From a virus (Duplodnaviria > Caudoviricetes), in IMG/VR virus record IMGVR_UViG_3300044647_001529, positions 1-34,574 of that record: a stretch of DNA of 34,574 bases. One strand, given 5' to 3'. Positions 1-7,431 of this stretch are shown here, in pieces. A program made the position numbers and the translations under genes. Positions within the stretch are counted from its first letter, which is position 1. The number at the start of each line of letters is the position of its first letter. The notes beneath the pieces were generated by a model that saw nothing but the letters and a program-made list of their open reading frames with translations, ran no database searches and was not told the origin of the DNA.

Positions 1-153
1 GCTCGCTCTTTGTAGATTTGCCTGACCCGCTCGCTCCGTTGAACTCTTAAGACAAGCCCTGTCCTTTGAGTTAGCTCCGATAGCCGTGCAGATAGGGCGG
101 CTCTTGTGTATGGGCGGTTTGTGTTTGGGTTAAGGTAGCGTTTGGCAATGCTC
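1..153. repeat. Terminal direct repeat, left copy (assembly circularity overlap)
   Basis: 1-153 matches 34422-34574 except G12/A34433 and C27/T34448. Confidence 0.97.
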
Positions 154-440
154 GTTAGGCTGTCTGGGCTTCGGTTAGTTGCTAGGGCTAGGAGGGCTTC
201 GTCCAAAGTGTCGTCCCTTTTTGTGCGTAGCATTGGGCTATCGCCCTCCGTCTTGATCGTCTCCTCTATGATTTGAGCCGTTGCCCTTGCCAGTTCATCC
301 AAATTCATGGCTGGGTTTTGGGCTTTGAGGTGCGCCAGCCTTTCCCTAACCACATCCTCCAGCTTGTCCACTTGGTCGGCCATGTCGACCGTGTAGCTTG
401 CGGCGATGCTGTCCGCTGGGTCTTGGCCGTCAGTTCTCAT
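1..440 (-). CDS. Hypothetical protein spanning the circular junction (440->1, then 34421->34328; 177 aa), possibly DNA-binding
   Basis: Not in the ORF track. Manual translation MRTDGQDPADSIAASYTVDMADQVDKLED...SLTSIAKRYLNPNTNRPYTRAALSARL...RRGKKR* is open across the junction and overlaps the end of the upstream gene. Confidence 0.8.
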   Translation of the reverse strand, partial: MRTDGQDPADSIAASYTVDMADQVDKLEDVVRERLAHLKAQNPAMNLDELARATAQIIEETIKTEGDSPMLRTKRDDTLDEALLALATNRSPDSLTSIAKRYLNPNTNRPYTRAALSARLSELTQRTGLVLRVQRSERVRQIYKER

Positions 441-738
441 CGGCTCCTTTTGCCCAAATCCAATGGCTGTGTTTGCTTGGCCTGATGATTTTGCCCTGCT
501 TTTCTAGCCATCTGGCGTGGTATTGGATCACAGGCTGTTCCATCTTGATAGCCTTTGCGATCACCGCCGTTGGGATGGCGTTCAGCAAGAGCCTTTCGAT
601 TACTTGCCTTAGCATTTTGATCCGTTCCTGTGACCGCCCTCCCTTCGTGATCTTGCGAAGCTCGGAGTTGTCCGGGCATAGCTCAATCAAAAGCCTCTCT
701 GCTCTTAACTGATCGGACTCGATTGGGGCGGTCTCCAT
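430..738 (-). CDS. Small HTH DNA-binding protein
   Basis: 102 aa; HTH-like TAVIAKAIKMEQPVIQYHARWLEKQGKI; motif-containing leader. Confidence 0.6.
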   Translation of the reverse strand: METAPIESDQLRAERLLIELCPDNSELRKITKGGRSQERIKMLRQVIERLLLNAIPTAVIAKAIKMEQPVIQYHARWLEKQGKIIRPSKHSHWIWAKGADEN

Positions 739-764
739 TAGGATTTCTTTAGGCTGTGTTTATT

Positions 765-773
765 TTATGTCAA
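765..773 (-). promoter_or_regulatory. TTGACATAA motif, 26 nt upstream of ATG 738
   Basis: Exact copy of the recurrent 9-mer; this copy has spacing compatible with a sigma70 -35 box for a leaderless transcript. Confidence 0.6.
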
Positions 774-791
774 AGGCTGGTCGAATCTTGT

Positions 792-1064
792 TCAAAGATA
801 GTATTGGGCAACCTTCTTGCCGTTCTCCGTCTGGATGTCCCGGCTTTGGATGGTCATCCCCGCCTTTTTCAAGTCATGGATGCGAGAGGCAAGCCGGAAG
901 ATTCCGTAAAGCCTCAACGCTTCCAATGCCGTGATCGGTTTCCCGCTTTGTAAATGCAACAAAACTTGTTGGCATTGTTTGGAACCGATGGGCTTATTTG
1001 GGTGGTGAGTTCCAGATGGCTCCACGAAGTCCATGGTTAGTTGGGATGCAAAATGGAAGCTCAT
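792..1064 (-). CDS. Winged-helix protein (HTH_39-like)
   Basis: HLQSGKPITALEALRLYGIFRLASRIHDLKKAG pattern typical of this phage HTH family; ATGA overlap with upstream gene. Confidence 0.8.
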   Translation of the reverse strand: MSFHFASQLTMDFVEPSGTHHPNKPIGSKQCQQVLLHLQSGKPITALEALRLYGIFRLASRIHDLKKAGMTIQSRDIQTENGKKVAQYYL

Positions 1065-1624
1065 ATTTTGCGGCTCTTTCTTTTGGTTGGGTAGTTATGC
1101 CGTGCCTGTTTGCTTGGCTCCCATCCCTGCTTTTTGGCGTGGCAGATTGAGGCATGGTCGCAACCCCAAGCCCTAGCGATAACCGTCATTGGGATTCCGG
1201 CCTCGTATTGAGCCTTCCACAATGCCCAACGCTTCTGGACGACTTCAACCTTGCGATTCTTGCACTTTCCAAATTTGCCCCTTAAAACCCTTAATTCGTG
1301 CGGAACGATGATTTGCGGCAAGTCTATCGGTTCGGCGGTCTTAGCCCTTTCTAGGCCCAAATGCGCTTCAATTTGGCCTATTCTGGAGCAAAGCGGTGCA
1401 AGGTAGGCTTTCACCGGGTCGGCTTCCTTGGCGTTCCGCATGATTTGAAGGCTCAATTCAATGCTATTGATCCGTTCCTCAAGCTCTTGGATTCTCTTTG
1501 GCAGAGTGACCGCCTTTTCAAATTCCATTGCTTGATCGGCCAGCGATTTGTATTCGGGTTGGATTTTGCGATATGGCACAAAACCACGATCCACAGTTCT
1601 TTCAAATGATTTAAGTAGGCTCAC
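1061..1624 (-). CDS. Coiled-coil protein with C-terminal DnaA domain IV-like HTH
   Basis: Start moved to the GTG at 1624 (GTGA overlap with initiator stop); C-terminal MTVIARAWGCDHASICHA resembles the DnaA-C IG..F.RDH.TV.HA pattern. Confidence 0.6.
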   Translation of the reverse strand: MSLLKSFERTVDRGFVPYRKIQPEYKSLADQAMEFEKAVTLPKRIQELEERINSIELSLQIMRNAKEADPVKAYLAPLCSRIGQIEAHLGLERAKTAEPIDLPQIIVPHELRVLRGKFGKCKNRKVEVVQKRWALWKAQYEAGIPMTVIARAWGCDHASICHAKKQGWEPSKQARHNYPTKRKSRKI

Positions 1625-2379
1625 GATGGGAACCCTGCTTTCTGCCAATCGTAGTATGAGGCAAAGCCCATCCGCCGATAGAGCGGAGCAGACTCGCACG
1701 ATGATTTTGGTTGCGGTTTTGGTTGCATTGTGTGGTTCCCTTTCTGGTTTGTGGTTTGGTTCCTTCTGAAACAATTCCTTGCGGCGGCTTGCCAGTCCTT
1801 AACAGGCGCACGGCCTCCGACCTTCCATCCGTTGCTTTCATAGTGGTCGAAGGCTCCTTGAACATCTTTGCCAATCCATCCGATGCTCTTTGCGTAATCC
1901 GACCATTGCGAAAGCGTGGGGCGCACTTGCGCCCTCTCTCTATTATTCTGGCCTCTAGCTTCTGTAGCTTCTAGCTTCTGCGGCGTTACATTGCCGTTAC
2001 AAGAGCGTTTCATTTGCGTTACAGGAGGCGTTACATCGGCGTTACGCCAACGCAAAATCCTTTCCCTATTAGACTTACGGCCACGCTCATCTTTCACCAT
2101 TCTGCGTGAAAATATGCAATCTTCCTCAACTGAATAGACCCCAGCTTGTGCCAACTCAACAAGCAAGCCGCTGGTCGTTTCAAGACTTTCTCCGAAGATT
2201 CTAGCTATATGCTCTGCCCCCATTGGGCTATCTCCAGCCATAAGATAGCCATGTCTTTTGGACTTTGCCATGAGGCAAATCATATCGACCCAAAGCCCTC
2301 TTGCCGCCGGGGAGCAACCCCGAAGGGCTTCATCCGAAAGCCAATCAGCCGGATAAAATTTAAGCCAAGGCAACTTCAC
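1621..2379 (-). CDS. Phage replication initiator (YdaU/DUF1376-like N-terminus)
   Basis: N-terminal WLKFYPADWLSD...CSPAARGLW.D.IC.M, mid IFSRRMVKD, C-terminal F.HYESNGWKVG..PVKDWQAAARN; contains iterons. Confidence 0.8.
   Translation of the reverse strand: MKLPWLKFYPADWLSDEALRGCSPAARGLWVDMICLMAKSKRHGYLMAGDSPMGAEHIARIFGESLETTSGLLVELAQAGVYSVEEDCIFSRRMVKDERGRKSNRERILRWRNADVTPPVTQMKRSCNGNVTPQKLEATEARGQNNRERAQVRPTLSQWSDYAKSIGWIGKDVQGAFDHYESNGWKVGGRAPVKDWQAAARNCFRRNQTTNQKGNHTMQPKPQPKSSCESAPLYRRMGFASYYDWQKAGFPS
1984..2046. repeat. Putative replication origin iterons (six CGTTACA-type 7-mers)
   Basis: Copies start at 1984, 1995, 2006 (CGTTTCA), 2017, 2029 and 2040 (CGTTACG); spacing 11-12 bp; three adjacent TAGCTTC repeats at about 1956-1980. 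Confidence 0.75.
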
Positions 2380-2585
2380 TTTTTACCGCTCTCCAAGTCA
2401 CGCTTCTGGTATTTCTTAGCTCGATCCAAAAGCTCCTTTGCCATCACCTCTGCCAAGTCTGCATGAGCCAAGATGTCCTTGTAGTTTTTTTCCTGTGCAT
2501 GGCTCCAATCTTTTCTCATATCCTTAAGCCTTGCTGTGGTGTATCGAAGCAGTTGCTTTAAGTATGTAAGCCTTTTAACGCTCAT
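2376..2585 (-). CDS. Hypothetical protein
   Basis: 69 aa; ATGA overlaps at both ends. Confidence 0.7.
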   Translation of the reverse strand: MSVKRLTYLKQLLRYTTARLKDMRKDWSHAQEKNYKDILAHADLAEVMAKELLDRAKKYQKRDLESGKK

Positions 2586-2722
2586 TTATTTAGCATCCTT
2601 TCCAACTTGTCCCACGCCCAGCCAGCGAGAAGCGCCAAGCCTACCAACCCTGCGAATATAAATCCCACAGCTAGGCCAATGAGAACCATCAATTTCCCAA
2701 GTTCTAGTAATGTTTCTTGCAT
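2582..2722 (-). CDS. Small membrane protein
   Basis: Likely start MQETLLELGK; one long hydrophobic segment. Confidence 0.55.
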   Translation of the reverse strand: MQETLLELGKLMVLIGLAVGFIFAGLVGLALLAGWAWDKLERMLNK

Positions 2723-2730
2723 AAATCTCC

Positions 2731-2949
2731 CTATGAGATAGGAGCCTTCGGCCACGGCGACCAACAACGAACCGAACCAGCTCTTGTCCAGTTGTCCATA
2801 TAAAATTGCCCGCGGTGGAAGCGAGCCACCATAACGCTGATTCCAATAACAACAAGGCATCTATCATTTTCCTGCGGCTTATCATCTGTGTCCCTCCATT
2901 CAATTAGTCCGAATTTTGTTTTCGGAACTTCTATGTTAATATTTTGCAT
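2731..2949 (-). CDS. DUF551-like small phage protein
   Basis: IEW...KP...CLV...RCWSPWPKAP pattern; start likely MQNINIE. Confidence 0.55.
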   Translation of the reverse strand: MQNINIEVPKTKFGLIEWRDTDDKPQENDRCLVVIGISVMVARFHRGQFYMDNWTRAGSVRCWSPWPKAPIS

Positions 2950-3136
2950 TTGGCATTCTACGAATGGCAGTTGCCACATCGTTCAGTAGGTCTTTGCGAA
3001 CTTGATCCTCCTCGGAGTCGGCCATCTGCTGAACCAACTCCGCACAGGCTTCTCGCTCTTTCTTCGCCACGGTATTTGCCAGCGAAGCCAAAGACCTATC
3101 AATTTGGGTTAGGGCAGATTCAGAAGGGGATGTCAT
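2936..3136 (-). CDS. Hypothetical protein
   Basis: KEREACAELV motif common in small phage proteins; tiles between neighbours. Confidence 0.6.
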   Translation of the reverse strand: MTSPSESALTQIDRSLASLANTVAKKEREACAELVQQMADSEEDQVRKDLLNDVATAIRRMPNAKY

Positions 3137-3890
3137 CTTTTTTATCCTCATCAATTACTGCCTTAATAACCGCCCGAAGCTGGACATCCTTTTTGTAGGG
3201 CTGTCCGTCTGGGGCGTTCTTCATTGGCTGTTCCATCAACCACATTAACCAACCGAAACCTTCGGATGATCTGGCGATCTGGCGCACGGTCTGGCCCTTG
3301 TATTTGCCAAACCCAACGACCATATCCTTAATCTCGGAGTCCTTGGTTTTCTTTTCCTCAACCAGCTTTGCCGTTATCTCTTTGATCTCTGCCTTCGAAG
3401 GCTCTTCGTATTTCTCGGTATTGAGTTGCTTGGCATCTTCAAAGCCACCGAAGGGAACTTCTTCCGCTGGGGTGGTTGAGAGGTTGCGGTCGATCAATAC
3501 AACGACATGGGCGAAGGCCGAGCGGCAAGCCCGACTGATCGCCCTTGTCTGGCACATTGCCCGCTGTGCATAGGTCGGACGCTTTGCCCACATATCCTCA
3601 TCGAAGCCAAGGAATCCCTCGGCGGTTGCGATTGTTTGGCCGTTGTCCATTCGGCGAACTTCGCCAATGCACTTCCAGCCTTCATCGGTGCGCTCGACAT
3701 CCCTTGCCGAAGCTACGCATCCATGGGCAACTGCGATGGATTGCCAGCCCTCTACCCGAACATAGTCACGATTGCCAATCCGTTGTGCCGTGGCCTTGAC
3801 GATTTCTCGGCAAGCCCCCGCAACATCAGTCGCCTGTCGGATATGTTGGGCAACTCCGTTGTTAATTGTTGCTAATTGTGTTTCGCTCAT
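3120..3890 (-). CDS. Putative ssDNA-annealing/recombination protein with C-terminal FGKYKG (DUF3820-like) domain and acidic DDIPF tail
   Basis: AMCQTRAISRACRSAF...TPAEEV; FGKYKGQTVRQI..GWLMWL; SSB-like DDIPF C-terminus; strong RBS AGAAAGGAACCACACA-ATG. Confidence 0.65.
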   Translation of the reverse strand: MSETQLATINNGVAQHIRQATDVAGACREIVKATAQRIGNRDYVRVEGWQSIAVAHGCVASARDVERTDEGWKCIGEVRRMDNGQTIATAEGFLGFDEDMWAKRPTYAQRAMCQTRAISRACRSAFAHVVVLIDRNLSTTPAEEVPFGGFEDAKQLNTEKYEEPSKAEIKEITAKLVEEKKTKDSEIKDMVVGFGKYKGQTVRQIARSSEGFGWLMWLMEQPMKNAPDGQPYKKDVQLRAVIKAVIDEDKKDDIPF

Positions 3891-3914
3891 TGTGTGGTTC
3901 CTTTCTTTTTTGGT

Positions 3915-4280
3915 TTACTCGTTAGGAAGTCTTTGGCGGTTGTTATGGAAGGCGATCTCCAAATTTTCTTTGCGGTATTCCCAATAGCCGGGAAGCCCGC
4001 CGATGAATGATGGCTCATAAGGAACCTTGTTCATTATGCAAAAATATTCCCGATCTAGTTCCTTCTTTAATCTTTTAAAGTGGCCTTGCGGATTCTCGTG
4101 TGCCCAGCCGTTGTAGGTCTTGAGCCATTCCACATTCTCGGACTGTTCCTGTTCGGCATCGGTAGCCTTGCGACCATCCGACATATCCTCGACCCTTAAG
4201 ACCCTTTCCCTCCAATCCACGAAGGATTGATGGCGCATATCGTCTGCCTCTTTCTGGTATTCCTCAAAGAAGCTAGCCAT
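3915..4280 (-). CDS. Hypothetical protein
   Basis: 121 aa; RBS GGAGG upstream; tiles the operon. Confidence 0.7.
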   Translation of the reverse strand: MASFFEEYQKEADDMRHQSFVDWRERVLRVEDMSDGRKATDAEQEQSENVEWLKTYNGWAHENPQGHFKRLKKELDREYFCIMNKVPYEPSFIGGLPGYWEYRKENLEIAFHNNRQRLPNE

Positions 4281-4614
4281 TTTGAGCCTCCCTCTTTAGG
4301 CGCAAATAAGAATCCGATCCACCCCTATAAATTGTTTCGATGATAGGGGTAAGCCATTTGGCCGTGACTTGGTGGGCTGGGATTCTAAAAAGCAAGATGC
4401 CACGCTCCGAAAGGGCATTATATTTTTCCATATCGGCCATAAAGCCGGAGCCTCTTGTATGTCTGCCCTTTGTCCATACCGAACCCTCCACTTCGATTGC
4501 AACGCCAGAGTCATGCCAATAATCAATCCTCCAGCGGCGAGTGGGGTGGAATTTGTATTCCGCTGTGAGCTTCGGGCCGTTCAATGCCCGCCAGACAATT
4601 TCAAACTTACTCAA
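4273..4614 (-). CDS. PD-(D/E)XK-type endonuclease (DUF559/Vsr-like phage family)
   Basis: EYKFHPTRRWRIDY...AIEVEG..W..GRHTRG.GF..DMEKYN; start probably the TTG at 4614 (TTGA overlap). Confidence 0.75.
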   Translation of the reverse strand: MSKFEIVWRALNGPKLTAEYKFHPTRRWRIDYWHDSGVAIEVEGSVWTKGRHTRGSGFMADMEKYNALSERGILLFRIPAHQVTAKWLTPIIETIYRGGSDSYLRLKREAQNG

Positions 4615-4820
4615 TTTCGCATCTCCCAAATTGAAGGGTTGCGGCTTCTGGATTCGGCTTGCTTGGTTTCATCGGTCGCCTTCTCCAGACGATCAAGCTC
4701 TTCTGCCACCATCAAATAGAATCTGCGCCGCTCATAATCCCTTTGCTCTAAATATTTGCAAAGCTCTTTGGCTCCGAAATAGGCGAACAGGCAAAGGAAA
4801 ATTAAAATGGCTTCGATCAT
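4611..4820 (-). CDS. Small protein with N-terminal TM helix
   Basis: MIEAILIFLCLFAYFGAK...; ATGA overlap with ligase-like gene. Confidence 0.6.
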   Translation of the reverse strand: MIEAILIFLCLFAYFGAKELCKYLEQRDYERRRFYLMVAEELDRLEKATDETKQAESRSRNPSIWEMRN

Positions 4821-5365
4821 AGAATCCTCCACTTGTGCCAATCGAGGGAGCAGTAAGAAGGATTGCTGACAAAGGGATAGCGGTCGTCCTTCTTCATCAC
4901 AAACCCTTCCCAAACCAGCCCGCCACGATTCTGGAAATTCATCTCCTCCCAAATCGCTTTAAGCTTTTTGTGATTAAGGCGGGGCATCCGTAGCAGGGCG
5001 TTTTGTTTTAGTTCAAAGGATGCGGGTTCGACCTCCTCAAACTCCTTGACCCTCTGAGCATAGGGCTTGGGGTTGTCGGGATCAAAAGCGTCAATAACGA
5101 TGATGGTTCCAATGCCCCTCTTCTCCCGCATGCCCATTATCTCACAGTCGATAAAGCGTGACTTAATCCCGGCAGTTGCCAAACGCTCCAACATCAGCGG
5201 AGCGTTGGATGCGATCTTGCCGTGTCGGTTGTAGGCCAAGCCTTCTTTTTGATCAAACCAACCTCTCCATCCATTCGCCTTTGGTTCGATTGCCCATCCC
5301 TCATAAGCCTCCGACCAAGGGGCATCAGCGGCTCCGACTGGTCTTGCGGGGTAATAGGATTTCAT
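4817..5365 (-). CDS. ATP-dependent ligase-like nucleotidyltransferase domain (no OB domain)
   Basis: Motif I EPKANGWR, III IDCEI, IIIa IDAFD, IV EGFVMK, V WHKWR at the extreme C-terminus. Confidence 0.75.
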   Translation of the reverse strand: MKSYYPARPVGAADAPWSEAYEGWAIEPKANGWRGWFDQKEGLAYNRHGKIASNAPLMLERLATAGIKSRFIDCEIMGMREKRGIGTIIVIDAFDPDNPKPYAQRVKEFEEVEPASFELKQNALLRMPRLNHKKLKAIWEEMNFQNRGGLVWEGFVMKKDDRYPFVSNPSYCSLDWHKWRIL

Positions 5366-5372
5366 TAGTTGG

Positions 5373-5401
5373 GTTGTAGGATTTCTGGGTATTGCTGTAA
5401 A
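5373..5401 (-). promoter_or_regulatory. Putative sigma70 promoter for a near-leaderless transcript
   Basis: TTTACA-17 nt-TACAAC-7 nt-ATG(5365). Confidence 0.5.
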
Positions 5402-5404
5402 GTT

Positions 5405-5500
5405 TTATTTGGTCAGTAAAAGCTCCAGCCAATCCCCAAGAGATAGGCCAACGAGGATTCCGACCATTACGGCTATGTAGATTTTGAATGCTTGGTTCAT
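5405..5500 (-). CDS. 31-aa membrane peptide
   Basis: Manual translation MNQAFKIYIAVMVGILVGLSLGDWLELLLTK*; leader resembles that of the upstream gene. Confidence 0.6.
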   Translation of the reverse strand: MNQAFKIYIAVMVGILVGLSLGDWLELLLTK

Positions 5501-5521
5501 ATTGGGATTTTATTTCTTGGG

Positions 5522-5707
5522 TTAGGATTTGTAATAGGTTGAAGGAACAAGAACCTCGGAGCTACCGTCACTATGACAAACTCGAAGCTCAAATTCTGCT
5601 CCATCAAGATTAAGTTCTGCCTCCCTGAGAGTGGAATAGGATTGGCTTTGGCAGTTCTTATGGTTAATAACTACGAAGGCTGTCTTAGGGTTGTCTAGGA
5701 TTTGCAT
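5522..5707 (-). CDS. Hypothetical early protein
   Basis: 61 aa; RBS AGAAAGGA. Confidence 0.65.
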   Translation of the reverse strand: MQILDNPKTAFVVINHKNCQSQSYSTLREAELNLDGAEFELRVCHSDGSSEVLVPSTYYKS

Positions 5708-5731
5708 ATTAGGATTTCCTTTCTTGGTTGG

Positions 5732-5986
5732 TTAGACGGAAATTGCGTTAATAGCTTTGGCTAATTCAATCCGAACAATATTTTTTCCTTTGCCATAAGG
5801 GGGGAAAGGCATCGCCATAATTTTTGAGGGAATCCTTGCCCTAACAATTCCCTCTTCAACTGAAATAATTTTAAGGTTGCATTTAACCGTCTGAAAAAGA
5901 TGGTTAAATTGAAACCTAATATATTTGCCCACCAGATTGCCCGCTTGAACCGGGGCTTGTTCGGTTGTGGTTCCGTTGTTCATCAT
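5732..5986 (-). CDS. Hypothetical early protein (probably leaderless)
   Basis: 84 aa, AT-rich; ATG 6 nt after a -10-like box. Confidence 0.6.
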   Translation of the reverse strand: MMNNGTTTEQAPVQAGNLVGKYIRFQFNHLFQTVKCNLKIISVEEGIVRARIPSKIMAMPFPPYGKGKNIVRIELAKAINAISV

Positions 5987-5992
5987 GGAGCC

Positions 5993-6025
5993 AGCTTAAG
6001 GTATCTTAAACCTTTGTAAAGGTTT
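5993..6025 (-). promoter_or_regulatory. Putative early promoter with overlapping operator palindrome
   Basis: TTTACA-16 nt-TAAGCT-6 nt-ATG; perfect inverted repeat AAACCTTT-GT-AAAGGTTT (6008-6025) covers the -35. Confidence 0.55.
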
Positions 6026-6048
6026 TTCTTCAGTTATTTCTCTTTGAC

Positions 6049-6061
6049 TATCAACGACTTA
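6049..6061 (+). promoter_or_regulatory. IHF-consensus site
   Basis: TATCAACGACTTA fits WATCAANNNNTTR; near-identical inverted copy at 33447-33463. Confidence 0.5.
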
Positions 6062-6355
6062 CGCCTTCCCGCTGATTTTGTAATGGGTGATTGCGGATAT
6101 TCTGCGACCAGAAAGATCGAAAATTCGGAAGTCTTTTTTGAGCAGAAAACCAGCCTCGACCATTTGGTTAATCAGCTTATTGCAACTGCCGCCTGTATGC
6201 TTGGCATTAAATCCCATGGCCTTCAAAGCCGCATCGGTGCGAAGCCATCCACTAGGAACTTCTTCCTGTTGCCTCTCCAGATATTTTTTTAGGGTCTGTG
6301 CCCACTCGCCTTTGAAGCCTATCTTGTTCCAGCTTTTATTGTAATGCGGCTTCAT
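6059..6355 (-). CDS. Hypothetical, possible winged-helix protein
   Basis: Start MKPHYNKSW at ATGA overlap; LINQMVEAGFLLKKDF. Confidence 0.6.
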   Translation of the reverse strand: MKPHYNKSWNKIGFKGEWAQTLKKYLERQQEEVPSGWLRTDAALKAMGFNAKHTGGSCNKLINQMVEAGFLLKKDFRIFDLSGRRISAITHYKISGKA

Positions 6356-7083
6356 ACAGGGAACCTCCACTCTCCATCGCTGGTCGGGGATAGAACATTC
6401 ACGATGCAGTTCTTTTCGTTGTATTCTCCCCACGCAATGCCGTGTTGCCATCTGGTAATCGAACGATTGCGTCTTGCGTAGTGCATCGAATCCACATTTG
6501 CCAAGCATCCAATCGTCCAACCTACAGGCGCACCCACCGATCTTCCGGCGGCTCGATCCACCCGGTGAAGATGCCCGATGACGATTGGCTTCTTCATCAT
6601 TTCGCAATGGTCGCGCACGGCGTTCTCATTGAACATCCAGCCATGGCCGAACATTGTTCCGCCAAACTCCCTCCAGCCTTTCACAATATCATATTGGACG
6701 ATCTCTGCCTTGATGTCTTTGCAAAGCTGATGAATGTCCGCAAGGCAAGAGGTGGCGCAGTGGGCTAGAATTGCATTGGGAGAATACTGGTGTTCGTAAG
6801 CTCGATGCTCGTGGTTGCCTATGAAAAAAACATTTGGCTCTAAAAGCTGTAAAAAGTTTATGCCCGCGCGGAAGTCCTCGGTGATGCTTGCGGCCCTATC
6901 CGCAGAATCGGGAGAGCGCATCGCTCCAGCCCGAAAAGCGGCCAAGTCGATTGCGTCCCCAAGATGGAGGATAAGGTCGGGCTTCCAGCGTTTCTTAAAT
7001 TCTAAAGCCGCCTTGGTTGCCTTCGCATCGGCCAAGTGGCCGTGAGAGCAGGAGACAGCCATAAACTTTTTCCACTTGGTCAT
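6352..7083 (-). CDS. Calcineurin-like metallophosphoesterase
   Basis: SCSHG, HLGDAID, GNHE, FGHG, GHLHR motifs. Confidence 0.85.
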   Translation of the reverse strand: MTKWKKFMAVSCSHGHLADAKATKAALEFKKRWKPDLILHLGDAIDLAAFRAGAMRSPDSADRAASITEDFRAGINFLQLLEPNVFFIGNHEHRAYEHQYSPNAILAHCATSCLADIHQLCKDIKAEIVQYDIVKGWREFGGTMFGHGWMFNENAVRDHCEMMKKPIVIGHLHRVDRAAGRSVGAPVGWTIGCLANVDSMHYARRNRSITRWQHGIAWGEYNEKNCIVNVLSPTSDGEWRFPV

Positions 7084-7427
7084 TTTTCATGGCCAGTAAT
7101 TGTGAACCAAATGGCTCTACAATTTTCTCTGGCAGTAGTGGCACAAACAGAATCGTCATTCATGCCCTCGTGGGCAAGCTCCATTATGATTCTCATGCTT
7201 TGCCTCAACGATAAAAGGTAGGTGATTTGGTCTGTGGCTTCCTCAATGCCATTCTCAACCTGTCTGGCCGCAGGCATTGACCAGAGGCTACCTCCATGAT
7301 TTTTCTGCCCTGCCCTATATTTTCGATCCAGCAAATCACAAGTGGCTAATTTTATCTGCTCAAGGTGGGCTTCGTGCGCCGCAGTCATTTCGTTGTTGGA
7401 CTTGAGCACAACCTTGTTCGCTGTCAT
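7080..7427 (-). CDS. Putative all-alpha NTP pyrophosphohydrolase-like protein
   Basis: KYRAGQKNHGGSL...IEEATDQITYL acidic helix; start uncertain (track gives 7466). Confidence 0.45.
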   Translation of the reverse strand: MTANKVVLKSNNEMTAAHEAHLEQIKLATCDLLDRKYRAGQKNHGGSLWSMPAARQVENGIEEATDQITYLLSLRQSMRIIMELAHEGMNDDSVCATTARENCRAIWFTITGHEK

Positions 7428-7431
7428 TTGA

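Noticed and set aside
1-153. Physical terminal repeat of the virion DNA
   Set aside because: It falls mid-gene, the exact part is 126 bp (assembler k-mer scale), and a GpA-type terminase suggests cos ends; better explained as assembly overlap
1955-2046. CRISPR-like or mini-array
   Set aside because: Repeats are 7 bp with 4-5 bp spacers inside a CDS; iteron-like, and no cas genes
2586-2903. Alternative-frame ORF with GGAGG 7 nt before ATG 2885
   Set aside because: Completely overlaps two better-supported genes and has no recognisable features; likely a chance SD, though not fully excluded
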